Assembly (NCBI GenBank): GCA_963778655.1
Contig: CAVZVA010000010.1
Location: 1,216,001 to 1,280,000, forward strand
Direction of reading: 5' to 3'
Source: an uncultured delta proteobacterium
GTDB taxonomy: Bacteria; Myxococcota_A; Polyangia; Polyangiales; JAFGIB01
DNA length: 64,000 bases
Positions 29,793-40,151 of this stretch are shown here, piece after piece; positions within the stretch are counted from its first letter, which is position 1, and each line of letters opens with the position of its first letter. The translations under genes were made by a program, and so were the position numbers. Below the pieces are notes generated by a model, which was not told the origin of the DNA, searched no databases, and saw only the letters and a program-made list of their open reading frames with translations.

Positions 29793-30887
29793 CTACTTCT
29801 TTGCCGTTGCGGGCTTGGCCGGAACGGCTTTCGCGTTGACCACGTTGGGTGTGGCCGGCGCGCTGACGACGCGGCGGGACCTGGGCAGGACCGGAATGGG
29901 GTTGTCCGGAGAGCCCGGGGGGCCCTTCTTCTTGGCCTCTTCCTTCTTGACCAGTGCATCCGGGCTGACCAGCAGACGCCCGCCGACCCAGCCCGAGATC
30001 AAGTAGATCGTGTCCACGCCTTCACGCTGCGCGTAGTAGTTCTGATCCTTCTTGCTGCCGATGCGATACACCACGTCGCGCGCGCCGGCGTCGCCACCCA
30101 GACGCAGCGTGACGCTGGCCGCATCCGCGCCCAAGCCCGCCTGCTCGGCGGTCACACCCTTGTCCGCGAAATCCACCGCGTTCAAGCTCGACGCCGTGCT
30201 CACGATGCCCTTGAGCTTGGCGTCGTCGAGCGGGTCGATGCGCTTGTCGTGCTTGGCCAGCACCTGCTTCCAGCTATCGCCGTCGCGCGTGAAGTCGAAG
30301 TGACCGTTCTGGTTGGTGAAGGTCACCTGTTGCAGATCCTTGGCCTCGACCTTGGCGATCGTGCGGTCGCGCCATTCGCGCGGCTGCTTGGTGAAGATGT
30401 AGCGAATCGAGCCCTTCACCGTGGCCACCGGGGTCTGTCCTTCCAGCCGCAGCATCGTGTTGCCCGAACGATAGATGCCGATGTAGGCGTCGATCAGCGG
30501 CTTGCCGCCGGCGCGGGCGATCACGTGCGTGCCCTTGGCCGCGTCCACCTCGAGCTTGGCGTGGTTCTCGGTCTTGGTCGCGGCCAGGCCGGTGACTTCG
30601 AGGTCCGCGAGCTTGTCGAGCGCGGCCTTGACCGCGTCCTGGTCGCCCTGCGCGTCGAGCGGCTCGACCATGCGCCATTGCTCGCCCTTCTTGACCAGCC
30701 GGACCTTCGGGTGATCGGGCGCGCTGAGCTCGAGCTCGTCGACCTTCGAGGCGTCGACCTTGGGCAGCTTGACCTCGACTTTGGGCGCGGCGTGGTCTTC
30801 CTTTTGTCGTGCGTTGATCCGCCACATCGTCAAGCCGACCAGCGCGAGCAGGACGAGGGTGGCGACGCCGAGACGATTCTGGCTCAT
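29793..30887 (-). CDS. DUF4340 domain protein
   Basis: TM plus two repeats with W..V.P...D motifs; last gene of the Gld-like ABC operon. Confidence 0.75.
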   Translation of the reverse strand: MSQNRLGVATLVLLALVGLTMWRINARQKEDHAAPKVEVKLPKVDASKVDELELSAPDHPKVRLVKKGEQWRMVEPLDAQGDQDAVKAALDKLADLEVTGLAATKTENHAKLEVDAAKGTHVIARAGGKPLIDAYIGIYRSGNTMLRLEGQTPVATVKGSIRYIFTKQPREWRDRTIAKVEAKDLQQVTFTNQNGHFDFTRDGDSWKQVLAKHDKRIDPLDDAKLKGIVSTASSLNAVDFADKGVTAEQAGLGADAASVTLRLGGDAGARDVVYRIGSKKDQNYYAQREGVDTIYLISGWVGGRLLVSPDALVKKEEAKKKGPPGSPDNPIPVLPRSRRVVSAPATPNVVNAKAVPAKPATAKK

Positions 30888-30913
30888 GAGGGCTCCTACG
30901 GCTTCTTGTGCTC

Positions 30914-32641
30914 TTACAGCTTGAGGCTGGCCTTACGCGCGAGCCGCGCGCGCCAGCGCACGATGCCGAGCAGCGCGAACAGGCCTGGGATCGCCAGCGT
31001 GTTGCCCCAGCGATAGCTGGCCTTGCGCTGGTCCCACGCCTTCATCGCTTGCTTGCGCTTCCCGAACGCCTTCTTGGCCTTGGCCTCGTCCTGCTGCTGC
31101 ACCGCGGTGCGAATGGTGTCTTCGGCCGCGCGCACGTTCTGCGGGATCTCGAGCATCGGATCTTCGATGTTCTTGGCGCGGATCTCGATCAGGTCCTGCT
31201 CCTGCGCCAGCCAGTCGATGCTGTTGAGCGCAAACGCGACCGAGCTGCTGAAGCCGGTCTGGCCGGCCTGCGGAGGCGGAAGGAACTCGTCGCGCATGAA
31301 GTAACCGGAGCCGAACACCAGCACGTGCACGGGCTTGTCCGCGCGGTCGGGCGCCTGAATCTTGGGTACCGCCGACTCTGCCTGCGGCGAGCTGACCGCG
31401 GGCTTCGCGAACGCGCTCGGCAGCTTGCCCTCGATCGCCACGCCCAGGGTGTAGGGCCCGCTGTATCCGGGCACCTGCCATTGATCGCGCGCCTTGAGGT
31501 CGATCGAGTCACCCTCCATCAGCCAGGCGTCGTGGCTGGAGCGCGCCAGCACGGTGCGCTTGACCTGAGGATCACCCTTGACGTTGTCGTTGAGCGCGAC
31601 CCGCACTGTGTACGGCATGCCGATCTGGTTGAGCCGGAACATCGCCGGATGCTCGCGCTCCTTTTCGTCGAAGGTGACGATCGGCACCGGCGGGTAGGGC
31701 ACCGGCACCGCGAGTCCCGGGATCTGCGTGGGCATGCGCGCTCGGCCGCACTGGGCGTCGGCCACGATGCGGTTGTCGAGGCTGACGCCCCACTTCTCCA
31801 GCAGCTTGTTGATGCCGGTGTCGATCGGCTTGCCGGTCGGCTGCTGGCCCTGGCCCATGTCGATCTTGACCGTGCCGCCGAAGACCGCGAGCGAGCCACC
31901 GTGCATCACGTACTGGTTGATGTAGCGCAGCTCGTCGTCTGTGAACGGCTTCTCGGGGTGAACGATCAACAGCGCCTTGATGGTCTTGGGGATCTCCGCG
32001 TCGGCCTTGACCTCTTTGAGGTCGTAGGTCGGCAGGTACTGGCGCAGCGCGCTGAGCCCTTTGGAGAGCGAGGGCCCGTCGTGCCCCCCGAGCACGCCCA
32101 CCTCGGTCTTCTCGCCCACCATCTCCTTGAGGATCTGGGTGACCGAGTACTCGAGACCCTCGGCGGTGTCGATGTGCTTGAGCGCCTTGACGTCGCCGAG
32201 ATAGTGAAACGCCACGCCGCGATAGCCCTCGTGCACGCTGAAGCTGTCGGATTCGAGCTTCTGGTCCTGCATGCGGTCGATGCCGTCGCGCTCCGCGGCC
32301 TGCTTCTGCTCGTCGGTCTGCGGCTCGACGATGCGCAGCGTGATCTTGCCGTGCGAGGCGTCGCGGTACTCGGCCAGCAGGTCGCGCACGTAGCGCTCGA
32401 GCGCGTTGTAGGGCGGCGGCAGGTCCTTGCTGAAGTACGCGACGATCTCCATCTCGTCCTTCAGGCCCGAGGCCAGCCGGCGCGAGCCCTTGGAGAGCGA
32501 AAACACGTGGGCCGAGGTGGTGTCGGCGTGCACGCCGACGCCGAACGCCCCGAGCACGTTGACCAGGACCAGGATGGCCCCGAACACCAACAGAAACAGC
32601 GCCGATTCGCTGCGCAGGCGGGTTTTGGTGGGTGCAGCCAT
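30914..32641 (-). CDS. GldG-like ABC transporter auxiliary component
   Basis: D.T....FSLS.GS, EY..TQ, GGH.G, N.IDWL...DLIEIR.K; N- and C-terminal TMs. Confidence 0.85.
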   Translation of the reverse strand: MAAPTKTRLRSESALFLLVFGAILVLVNVLGAFGVGVHADTTSAHVFSLSKGSRRLASGLKDEMEIVAYFSKDLPPPYNALERYVRDLLAEYRDASHGKITLRIVEPQTDEQKQAAERDGIDRMQDQKLESDSFSVHEGYRGVAFHYLGDVKALKHIDTAEGLEYSVTQILKEMVGEKTEVGVLGGHDGPSLSKGLSALRQYLPTYDLKEVKADAEIPKTIKALLIVHPEKPFTDDELRYINQYVMHGGSLAVFGGTVKIDMGQGQQPTGKPIDTGINKLLEKWGVSLDNRIVADAQCGRARMPTQIPGLAVPVPYPPVPIVTFDEKEREHPAMFRLNQIGMPYTVRVALNDNVKGDPQVKRTVLARSSHDAWLMEGDSIDLKARDQWQVPGYSGPYTLGVAIEGKLPSAFAKPAVSSPQAESAVPKIQAPDRADKPVHVLVFGSGYFMRDEFLPPPQAGQTGFSSSVAFALNSIDWLAQEQDLIEIRAKNIEDPMLEIPQNVRAAEDTIRTAVQQQDEAKAKKAFGKRKQAMKAWDQRKASYRWGNTLAIPGLFALLGIVRWRARLARKASLKL

Positions 32642-32644
32642 CGC

Positions 32645-33448
32645 TCAGCTCCAGCGCCGGCTCTCGAGCGACCGGAAGGCCAGCGTCAGGCTGAAGCCGA
32701 TCACCGAGAGGAAATACAGCACGTCGCGCGAGTCGATCACGCCGCGCAGCATGTTGTCGTAGTGGTAGTCGAACGAGATCCACTCCACCGTGGAGGCGAT
32801 GCTCTGGGGCAAGAAGGGCAGGAAGCGCGCGATGATCCAGAGCGCGAAGCACATGATGCCGCCGGCGAAGAACGCGATCAGCTGGTTCTCGGTCCAGCTC
32901 GATGCCAGCACGCCGATCGCCAGCATCGCCGCGCCTTGCAGCAGCACCGCCAAGTAGCCGGCGAATACCGGACCCCAGTCCAGGTGCCCGAGCGTGCTGA
33001 CGCTGATCGGGTAGGGCACCGTCAGCAGCAGCAGCACGCACAGCAGCCCGAGCGCGCCCAGGAACTTGCCGAGGATCACCTCGGTGTCCTTGAGCGGCAT
33101 CGTCAGCAGCACCTCGAGCGTGCCGGTGCGCTTCTCCTCGGCCAGCAGGGCCATCGTCATCGCCGGCGCGGTCGGCAGCAGCAGCACGCTCATCAGGTCG
33201 AACATCTCGCGTACCGACGCGCGGTTGATCAGGAAGAAGGGGTTCCAGAAGAACACCCCCATCAGCACCAGGAACAGGCAGATGACGATATAAGCCGCAG
33301 GCCCGTTGAAGTAGCTCACGAGCTCGCGCTTGGCGATGATCAGCGTTCTTGGCATCGTGGGCTCCTGCTTGCGCGACGCGGCGCTCGCGGCGCCCCCGCC
33401 GTGATCTGCCGATACGTTGTGCTCATGGGTCAATGCTTCGCTTTGCAT
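32645..33448 (-). CDS. GldF-like ABC-2 permease
   Basis: KREL.SYF..P.AY, EEKRTGTLE.LLT.P, LGKFLG, RGVID; alternative start at MPRTLII. Confidence 0.88.
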   Translation of the reverse strand: MQSEALTHEHNVSADHGGGAASAASRKQEPTMPRTLIIAKRELVSYFNGPAAYIVICLFLVLMGVFFWNPFFLINRASVREMFDLMSVLLLPTAPAMTMALLAEEKRTGTLEVLLTMPLKDTEVILGKFLGALGLLCVLLLLTVPYPISVSTLGHLDWGPVFAGYLAVLLQGAAMLAIGVLASSWTENQLIAFFAGGIMCFALWIIARFLPFLPQSIASTVEWISFDYHYDNMLRGVIDSRDVLYFLSVIGFSLTLAFRSLESRRWS

Positions 33449-33454
33449 GACGGC

Positions 33455-34450
33455 TCAGCTCGCACCCGTGGTCGCGCTGCCCGCGGAGGCCGCGTCTTCG
33501 GGACCGGTGGTCAGCTCGCGGAAGATCTGCTCCAGGCCTTGGCCCTCGCGCCACAACCCGACCATGGTCAGGCCATTGTCGACCGCCGCCTTGAACAGCA
33601 CGGGGCGCAGGTCGTCGCTGCCCTTGGGCAGCGCCTCGAAGCGCAGCTCGCCGGGGTCGGAGTCGAGCCGACGCACGCGCTCGACGCCCGCGAGCGCCTT
33701 GAGCTGGGCGTCGGTCTTGTCGGCGAAGCCGTTGCCCTTGTCGAGCACGGCGACCACGTAGCGGCTCTTGCCGGCGCGGTCGCGCAGGCCGTCGGGCGTG
33801 TCGTCGGCGACGATGCGGCCCTTCGAGATGATCAGCACGCGGCTGCAGGCGACCTGCACCTCGGCCAGGTTATGGGTGGAGAGCACCACCGTGCGCTCGC
33901 GGCCGATGTTCTTGATCAGGTCGCGGATCTCGACCGCCTGGTTCGGGTCGAGCCCGCTCATCGGCTCGTCCATGATCAGGATGGGCGGCTGGTGCAGCAG
34001 CGCCTGGGCCAGGCCCACGCGCTGCCTGTAGCCCTTGGAGAGCGTGCGGATGGTCTTGGCGTAGACGTCTCCCAGGCCCGTCTCCTCGACCACCACCTTG
34101 ATGCGCTTCTGCGCCTCGTCCTTGGCGACGCCGCGAACCTCGGCCACGAACTGCAGGTACTCGAGCACCAGCATGTCGGGATACAGCGGGTTGTTCTCCG
34201 GCAGGTAGCCGATCGCGGCGCGGGCGGCCAGCGAGTCCATGACCACGTCGTGACCCTGCACGCTCGCGCTGCCCTCGCTGGGCGCGGTGAAGCAGGTCAG
34301 GATGCGCATGGTCGTGGATTTGCCCGCGCCGTTGGGGCCGAGAAAGCCCAACACCTCGCCGCGGTTGACCTTCATGCTGACCTTGTCCAGAGCCAGCACG
34401 CCGTCATAGCGTTTCACCAGCTCACGGGCTTCGATCATCGCTTCGCTCAT
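33455..34450 (-). CDS. GldA-like ABC transporter ATP-binding protein
   Basis: GPNGAGKST, LSKGYRQRVG, ILIMDEP, STH. Confidence 0.92.
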   Translation of the reverse strand: MSEAMIEARELVKRYDGVLALDKVSMKVNRGEVLGFLGPNGAGKSTTMRILTCFTAPSEGSASVQGHDVVMDSLAARAAIGYLPENNPLYPDMLVLEYLQFVAEVRGVAKDEAQKRIKVVVEETGLGDVYAKTIRTLSKGYRQRVGLAQALLHQPPILIMDEPMSGLDPNQAVEIRDLIKNIGRERTVVLSTHNLAEVQVACSRVLIISKGRIVADDTPDGLRDRAGKSRYVVAVLDKGNGFADKTDAQLKALAGVERVRRLDSDPGELRFEALPKGSDDLRPVLFKAAVDNGLTMVGLWREGQGLEQIFRELTTGPEDAASAGSATTGAS

Positions 34451-34676
34451 CAGGGCCTCGTTCTTCAAAGCGCGCAGCGGCGGCGATGGTAGTCGCCACC
34501 CCAGCCCAGTCAAGCTGGCCACGGCGCCGTGGTTAACCCCACCGCCAGCGGTTTATTCCGTTGCCGTAAGGGTTTGTCCATGAGGGCGGGGAGGGGCACT
34601 TGGCTCCGTCAGCGGGGAGGGCTCCGTCCCGGCCCCGGCGCTCGGGCGGGGCCGGGGTAAGGCCGTCCGCGCGCGG

Positions 34677-35450
34677 TCAGCGCACGTAGGTCCAGCTCAC
34701 CTCGGGCTTGCGCTCCAGGTGCACGTGGTTTTCGTGTGCGCGATCGCCGTTGGGCGTGATCACGATCTGGAACAGATTGCGGCGGACCGCGTCGCACACC
34801 ACCGTGCGCAGTAGGCGCGAGGGCCAGGCCTCCTCGGGCCTGCGCGGACAGGGCGGGCTGCCGAGGTCGCGCTCTTCCCAGTCGTTCTCCACGTCGAGCG
34901 AGGTGCCGTTGCTCAGGTCGAAGCGCGCCGCGTCGATCGCCAGAGCGTGCGCGTGGCCGCTGACGTGGCCGGAGCCGTGTACGCGCGCGCCCGGCCGGTA
35001 GATCGAGATGTGCTCGATGCGGGTCACGCCCGCCTGGCGCAGCGTCGGCGCCCACGCCAGCAACGCCAGCGCCAGCCGGCAGTCGAGCACCGCGTGCAGC
35101 GGGCGCTTGCTGCCGCGCGCGACCACGCTCACGCCGCCAATCGGCCCGCGCAGCCGCAGCGGCATCTGAACGCCGCGCGCCTGATCGGGCGCCACGCGGG
35201 CGAAGGCCACGCCCGCGGCCTCGAGCGCCGCGTAGCATGTCTCGGGGCTGCGGCCGGCCTGCGCGCGGGCGCGCTGCGCCGGGTCCGACCAGTGGCTCAG
35301 CGGCTTGACCGAGCCCGGCGCGCTGCGCTCCGCCGCGGGCTGTCCCAGCTCGCGCGCCGGTGCCCCGATGATGGGGATCGCGCAGCCGCCGGCCCAGAGC
35401 CAGACCGCGGCCAGCAGCAGTCGGCAGGCCAGCGCGCGCGGGCGAGTCAT
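34677..35450 (-). CDS. Extensin-like C-terminal family lipoprotein (LAS-type metallopeptidase motifs)
   Basis: Lipobox-like WAGGC; LDC.LA, SGHAHALAID, H.NHVH. Confidence 0.75.
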   Translation of the reverse strand: MTRPRALACRLLLAAVWLWAGGCAIPIIGAPARELGQPAAERSAPGSVKPLSHWSDPAQRARAQAGRSPETCYAALEAAGVAFARVAPDQARGVQMPLRLRGPIGGVSVVARGSKRPLHAVLDCRLALALLAWAPTLRQAGVTRIEHISIYRPGARVHGSGHVSGHAHALAIDAARFDLSNGTSLDVENDWEERDLGSPPCPRRPEEAWPSRLLRTVVCDAVRRNLFQIVITPNGDRAHENHVHLERKPEVSWTYVR

Positions 35451-35503
35451 GCCTTGGGCATCACCCAGGGCCGGCGCGGGGTCAATTTTTCTGCGCCCGC
35501 GCG

Positions 35504-36097
35504 CTACTGCGCTTCGAGATTCGAGAGCACGAACTGCAGCCGGTACCCGTTGAGCCCGGGCAGATCGCCCACGGCGCGTCCGTTCTTCAAGTTGGCGTCG
35601 TTGTACTCCCAGCGGGTGTGCTCGGCGTCCTCGCCGCCGACCATGGCCCCCACCGGGGTTTCGACCGCCAGCGCCACGTCGCCCCAGCCCTGCGGATACG
35701 ATGCGAGCGGGATCGAGACCTCGATGGTCTTGCCGTCGGGCGCATCCACCCCCGGCGAGAACACGAAGATCGGCCCGACCGGCCGCTCGTGCTCCTGATT
35801 ATAGAAGGCCGTGCTCTTGGGCGCCTCTTCGAGCACGAAGTCCTGCGGCGAGCTGAGCGCGCCGGCGGGGATCTCGACCCTGGGCCCGCTGGACAGCTCG
35901 AGCGAGCCGCCGGCGGGGCCGACCTTGGCCGCCACGCGGCTGCTGCCGCTGGCGTGGACCGGGGCGCTCGACATCACCTCACCGCCGCTGCTCGCGCTGC
36001 CGCCGGGCGCGGTCGCGCCCGGAGAGCCGCCTTCGCTGCCACAGCCGAGCAGCGCCAGCAGGGTGGCGACAAATCCGAACCGAATCGCTCGTCTCAT
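35504..36097 (-). CDS. Hypothetical lipoprotein (ZU5-like)
   Basis: RBS aaggag; lipobox LLGC; VGPAGG.L...VEIPAGAL. Confidence 0.7.
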   Translation of the reverse strand: MRRAIRFGFVATLLALLGCGSEGGSPGATAPGGSASSGGEVMSSAPVHASGSSRVAAKVGPAGGSLELSSGPRVEIPAGALSSPQDFVLEEAPKSTAFYNQEHERPVGPIFVFSPGVDAPDGKTIEVSIPLASYPQGWGDVALAVETPVGAMVGGEDAEHTRWEYNDANLKNGRAVGDLPGLNGYRLQFVLSNLEAQ

Positions 36098-36276
36098 CAC
36101 CGGCTCCTTCCCCTTTTGAATCCGTTGCACGCGAGCTGGAGATGGATATGCGGGCTCGCGCGTTGATCCCGGAGCCCGTCCCCATCACGCTTGCAGATAC
36201 GGGTCGGAGCATAGGAGCCCTGCGGCCAAATGGCCAGCCCGTGCGTGCCGGTGCACGCCACGAGGAAACCGCGCGA

Positions 36277-37686
36277 ATGCAGAGCATGCCCGAGGTCAGG
36301 GACGGTCCTGGCAACGCACAGGCGGGTGAGGAAGGTGCGCGCGGCGTGGCGCTGTGGCGTTCTGTGCTGCAGGGGGAGTGGGCGCGCGTGCGTCGGTTGG
36401 CGGAGCTGTTTCCCTGGACCCCGCTGGGGCTGGCGCTCGGCTTCGGGGCGTACGCCGCGGTGCGCTTGCTGGCGCGCGCGCAGCTCGACCTGGTCTGGCT
36501 GGTGGTCGGCTACGTGGGACTCGGCCTCGCGCTGCTGAGCCCGCTTGCGGTATTGCTCTGCGCGCTCTGGCTCAAGCTGCGCGGGTCACTACCGCACGCG
36601 GGTGAGGCGCTGGTGCTGGAGACCGGGACCTTCGCCGAGACCGGCTTCGCGCTGCCGCTGCCCTGGTACTTGCCGCTGATCCAGCTGCGCTGGGATTGGG
36701 TCGCGCCGGCCGGGGTGCGCGTCGAGCAGCGCCGCGCGCGCGGCGCGCTCCGCGAGTGGGTGCAGGCGGCCGAGCGCGGCCGCTTCGAGCGCATCGAGCG
36801 CCGGTTGTTCGTGGCCGACCCCTTCGGCCTGAGCCGCGTCGCGCTGCGGCTGCCGCAGACGCGCGCGCTCGACGTGCTGCCGCGGCTCGGGGGCTTGCGC
36901 CACTTGCCCTCGCTCAGGGCCTTCGCTTCGGGCGACGCGATGCCGCACCCGATGGGTCTGGAGGACGGCGACCGGCTGGAGCTGCGCCGCTACGCGCCCG
37001 GGGATCCGGCGCGCTTCATCCACTGGAAGGTGCTCTCGCGCACGCGCAAGCTGATGGTCCGCACGCCCGAGCGCGCGCTGTCGCTGGCGCGCCGCACCGC
37101 CGCCTTTCTGGTCGCCGGCGAGCGCGACGACGCCTCCGCCGCCGCCGCGCGGCTCGGGCTCGAGCGGCGCCTGCTGGGCAGCGACTGGACCTTCGGCACC
37201 GACCAGGAGCTGGGCGGCTGCAGCGAGCTCGGCGCCGCGCTCGACGCGTTGATGCGCAGCCGCGCCGCGCGCGCGCGCGGCGGCGAAGGGCTGTGGCCCT
37301 TCGTGCAGCAGGTCGAGCGCCAGGGGCCGGCCAGCCTGGTCGTGTTCGCGCCCAGCTGCCCCGGCGCCTGGCTGGCGCGGGTTGCCGACGTCGCCCGCCG
37401 GCGCAAGCTGCGGGTCGTGATCGGCGTCGACGGAGTTTACGAACGCGCGCGCGCGCCGCTGTGGCGCCGCCTGCTCGCGCTGCCGCGGGCGGCCAGCGGT
37501 ACCGCCGCGGCCGGACTCGAGCAGGTGGTGGGCACGCTCGCCCAGGCCGGCGCCGAAGTGACCGTGCTCGATCGCGGCAGCGGGCGGCCGCTCGGCCTGC
37601 TGCAGCGCCGCGCCATGCTCGGGCCAGTGGTCCAGCCATCGCGCGGAGCCCCGCGTGCAACACGCTTGAAGCAAGGAGCGACGTGA
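36277..37686 (+). CDS. DUF58 domain membrane protein
   Basis: RG.F...DPFGL, LRRYAPGDP.RFIHWK..SR...LMVR; start uncertain (36142-36346). Confidence 0.85.
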   Translation: MQSMPEVRDGPGNAQAGEEGARGVALWRSVLQGEWARVRRLAELFPWTPLGLALGFGAYAAVRLLARAQLDLVWLVVGYVGLGLALLSPLAVLLCALWLKLRGSLPHAGEALVLETGTFAETGFALPLPWYLPLIQLRWDWVAPAGVRVEQRRARGALREWVQAAERGRFERIERRLFVADPFGLSRVALRLPQTRALDVLPRLGGLRHLPSLRAFASGDAMPHPMGLEDGDRLELRRYAPGDPARFIHWKVLSRTRKLMVRTPERALSLARRTAAFLVAGERDDASAAAARLGLERRLLGSDWTFGTDQELGGCSELGAALDALMRSRAARARGGEGLWPFVQQVERQGPASLVVFAPSCPGAWLARVADVARRRKLRVVIGVDGVYERARAPLWRRLLALPRAASGTAAAGLEQVVGTLAQAGAEVTVLDRGSGRPLGLLQRRAMLGPVVQPSRGAPRATRLKQGAT

Positions 37687-39944
37687 GCGGAGCGAGCCAC
37701 GCGCAGGGGGGGACCCCCAACGGCTTTGCCGGTGAGGCGGGGAGGGCGCGTGCCCTGCCCGGCTTGCAGCCCGAGCGCGCGCTCGACGAGCCGCTGCTCG
37801 CGGCGTGCCTGCGGCCGCTGGTCTACCTGTGCGCGGTGTTCGTGTTCGCGTTTCCCCTGTGTACCCCCTCGGTGGCGCTCGCGGTGGCGCTCGGGGCCGG
37901 GCTGGGCGCGCTGTTGGGCCGGCCGCTCGCGGGCACGCGCCTGCGGTTGTGGCCGCTCGCGCTCGGCACCGGCTTGGCGCTCGCGCTCACCTCGCTGCTG
38001 CGCGCGCTGCTGCTCGACGGCACGCTGCTGCCCGCCTGGCTCGGGCCCGCGCGCGCGCTCGGCACCGCCAATGCGCTGTGTCTGGGCCTCGGCGCCGCGC
38101 TGCTGGCCACGACGCTGCGCGCGTTCGCGCTGCGCCAGAAGCTGTACCGCGCGCTCGAGGTCGCGTTCGTGGGCGCGGCCTTCGCGCAGCTGGTGGCCGG
38201 TCACCGCGGCGGCGCGATCAACCGGCCGTTCTGGCTGGCCGATTCGATCATCGCCCGCGGCGGCGACCCGACCTACGCGCTGCTCGTCGTCGGCGCGGTG
38301 GCCGCGGTCGCCAGCGTGGTGCTGCTGCTCTCGGAGCGCAGCGCGCTGCGCTCCGGCCTGCACCTGCTGCTCGCCCTGCTGCTGCTCGCGCTGGTGCTGC
38401 TCACCACGCGCATGCTGGGGTTGCCGCACGCCGATGTCGCTTCCTCGGGGCTCGGCCTGCGGCCGAACAAGGACGCCGATCGCCAGCACCGGGGCCGCCC
38501 GCGCGGCGGCAAGAGCGACGGCTCGACCGACAACGAGCAGCTCGAGTTCCGCGACAACTACGATGAGAACGGGCGCCAGGTGCCGCTCGCGGTGGTGCTG
38601 CTGCACGACGACTACTCGCCGCCCGGCGGCATCTATTACTTCCGGCAGGCCGCGTTCAGCCAGTACAACGGCCGGCGTCTGATCCGCGCCACGCGCTCCG
38701 ACGTGGATACCGACATCGCGCCCGGCTTCGTCGGCGGGCCGACCAAGCTCGCGCCCGTGCCCAACGAGCGCGGCGACCGGGTCGAGCTCGAGACCACGGT
38801 AGCGATGCTGGCCGACCACAACCGGCCGTTCGCGCTCGAGTCGCCGGTGGAGCTGATGCCTGAGCGCAACCCCGACCCGGGCCGCTTCCGCCGCGCCTAC
38901 CGCGTGATCTCCGAGGCCTTCGACGCCGACTACGACTCGCTGCTCGGCCAGGGCGTGGGCGATCCGAGCTGGAGCGCGGACCAGCTCGCGCACTACCTGC
39001 AGGCGCCGAGCGATCCGCGCTACGCCGCGCTCGCGCAGCAGATCGTGGCCGGCATTCCGCAGGGCCTGCGCGACGACAAGGTGGCGCAGGCCGCAGCGGT
39101 CACGCTGTGGCTCGGCCACGAGGGCATCTACAGCCTGCGCAGCAGCCATGCCAAGGCGAAGGACCCGACGGCGGACTTCCTGTTCGGCGACCGCACCGGC
39201 TACTGCGTGCACTTCGCGCACGCGGCGGTGTACCTGATGCGCACGCTCGGCATCCCGTCGCGGGTCGGCTCGGGCTACGCGGTCGAGGAATCGGCGCGTC
39301 AGGGCGGCTCGGCGATCCTGCTGGCGGGGGCCAACGCGCACGCCTGGCCCGAGGTCTACGTGCGGGGCACCGGCTGGGTGGTGCTCGACGTCTCGCCCGA
39401 GCGCAGCCTCGACCCGCCGGTGCGCCCGCCCGACCCGGACCTGCAACGGCTGCTGGGCGAGATGGCGCGCGGCGACAAGCCGCTGCCGCAAGGCGAGCAG
39501 AAGCTGCTCGAGCCGTTCGCGCGCCAGCTGCGCCTCGCGCTGCTCGTGCTCGGGTTCGCCTGCGCGGTGCTGCTGGGCGCGTCGTTGCAGCTCGGTTACA
39601 GCATCAAGCTCTGGCGCCAGCTCGTGCCCGCGCTGGCGTCGCCCCGCAGCGCCGCGCGCGTGATCTATCGGGCCAAGCTGGATCGCCTGACCGAGGTCGG
39701 GCTGCGGCGCGCGTACGGCGAGACGCGCGAGGGCTTCGCGGCGCGCGCGTCGCAGCTGACGCCGAGCTTCGTACCGCTCACCGCCGCGCTGGTCGGCACG
39801 CGCTTCGGGCGCAAACAGCTCGCGGATCGGGCGGCGTTGCGGCCGCTTTCGGATGCGGTCGAGCGCGAGCTCTGGCGCAGCGTGCCGTGGTGGCGGCGGG
39901 TGCTCGGCCTGCTCAACCCGTTTTCATGGCTCGCTTCCCGGTGA
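37683..39944 (+). CDS. Transglutaminase-like (TgpA-type) polytopic membrane protein
   Basis: GTG overlaps the DUF58 stop; multiple TMs; catalytic GYCVHFA, HAWPEVY, WV.LD.SP. Confidence 0.88.
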   Translation: MSGASHAQGGTPNGFAGEAGRARALPGLQPERALDEPLLAACLRPLVYLCAVFVFAFPLCTPSVALAVALGAGLGALLGRPLAGTRLRLWPLALGTGLALALTSLLRALLLDGTLLPAWLGPARALGTANALCLGLGAALLATTLRAFALRQKLYRALEVAFVGAAFAQLVAGHRGGAINRPFWLADSIIARGGDPTYALLVVGAVAAVASVVLLLSERSALRSGLHLLLALLLLALVLLTTRMLGLPHADVASSGLGLRPNKDADRQHRGRPRGGKSDGSTDNEQLEFRDNYDENGRQVPLAVVLLHDDYSPPGGIYYFRQAAFSQYNGRRLIRATRSDVDTDIAPGFVGGPTKLAPVPNERGDRVELETTVAMLADHNRPFALESPVELMPERNPDPGRFRRAYRVISEAFDADYDSLLGQGVGDPSWSADQLAHYLQAPSDPRYAALAQQIVAGIPQGLRDDKVAQAAAVTLWLGHEGIYSLRSSHAKAKDPTADFLFGDRTGYCVHFAHAAVYLMRTLGIPSRVGSGYAVEESARQGGSAILLAGANAHAWPEVYVRGTGWVVLDVSPERSLDPPVRPPDPDLQRLLGEMARGDKPLPQGEQKLLEPFARQLRLALLVLGFACAVLLGASLQLGYSIKLWRQLVPALASPRSAARVIYRAKLDRLTEVGLRRAYGETREGFAARASQLTPSFVPLTAALVGTRFGRKQLADRAALRPLSDAVERELWRSVPWWRRVLGLLNPFSWLASR
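37685..37762 (+). repeat. Degenerate copy of the structured REP-like element, inside the transglutaminase 5' end
   Basis: Aligns ungapped with 58121..58198 (about two thirds identity by hand) with hairpins retained. Confidence 0.6.
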
Positions 39945-39986
39945 ATCCGCGGTCATGATTCGAAGATGGACGATAGGCTTCAGTGA

Positions 39987-40093
39987 CTGGGAGGGGCACG
40001 CGCCGCTCCTGCCCCGCCAGCAGAGCTGTCGGGGCTCCGAAGCCTGGGCGATTCCGACAACCACCCTGGACCTTGCGCGGGGTCGCTTCGCTC
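39987..40093 (-). repeat. Reverse-orientation copy of the structured REP-like element
   Basis: gggaggggcacgcgccgctcc + ccccgccagc-aga-gctgtcgggg + tcgcttcgctc. Confidence 0.6.
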
Positions 40094-40151
40094 CAACCGC
40101 AGCGCGAGGGTCCTCGCGCCGGGCTGGCGCTCTTGGCATTGGGGAATCAGC

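Noticed and set aside
29793..34450. Gld-like genes as evidence of Bacteroidetes-type gliding
   Set aside because: GldA/F/G-like ABC systems with DUF4340 are widespread; no T9SS or other gld genes are present
30908..34492. 1194-aa plus-strand ORF (and similar long ORFs such as 10125..13064)
   Set aside because: Antisense shadows of well-supported genes, common in high-GC DNA
39961..39969. cgaagatgg matching the tRNA-Thr 3' region (possible att site)
   Set aside because: Only 9 bp, upstream of the tRNA, and no integrase; likely chance
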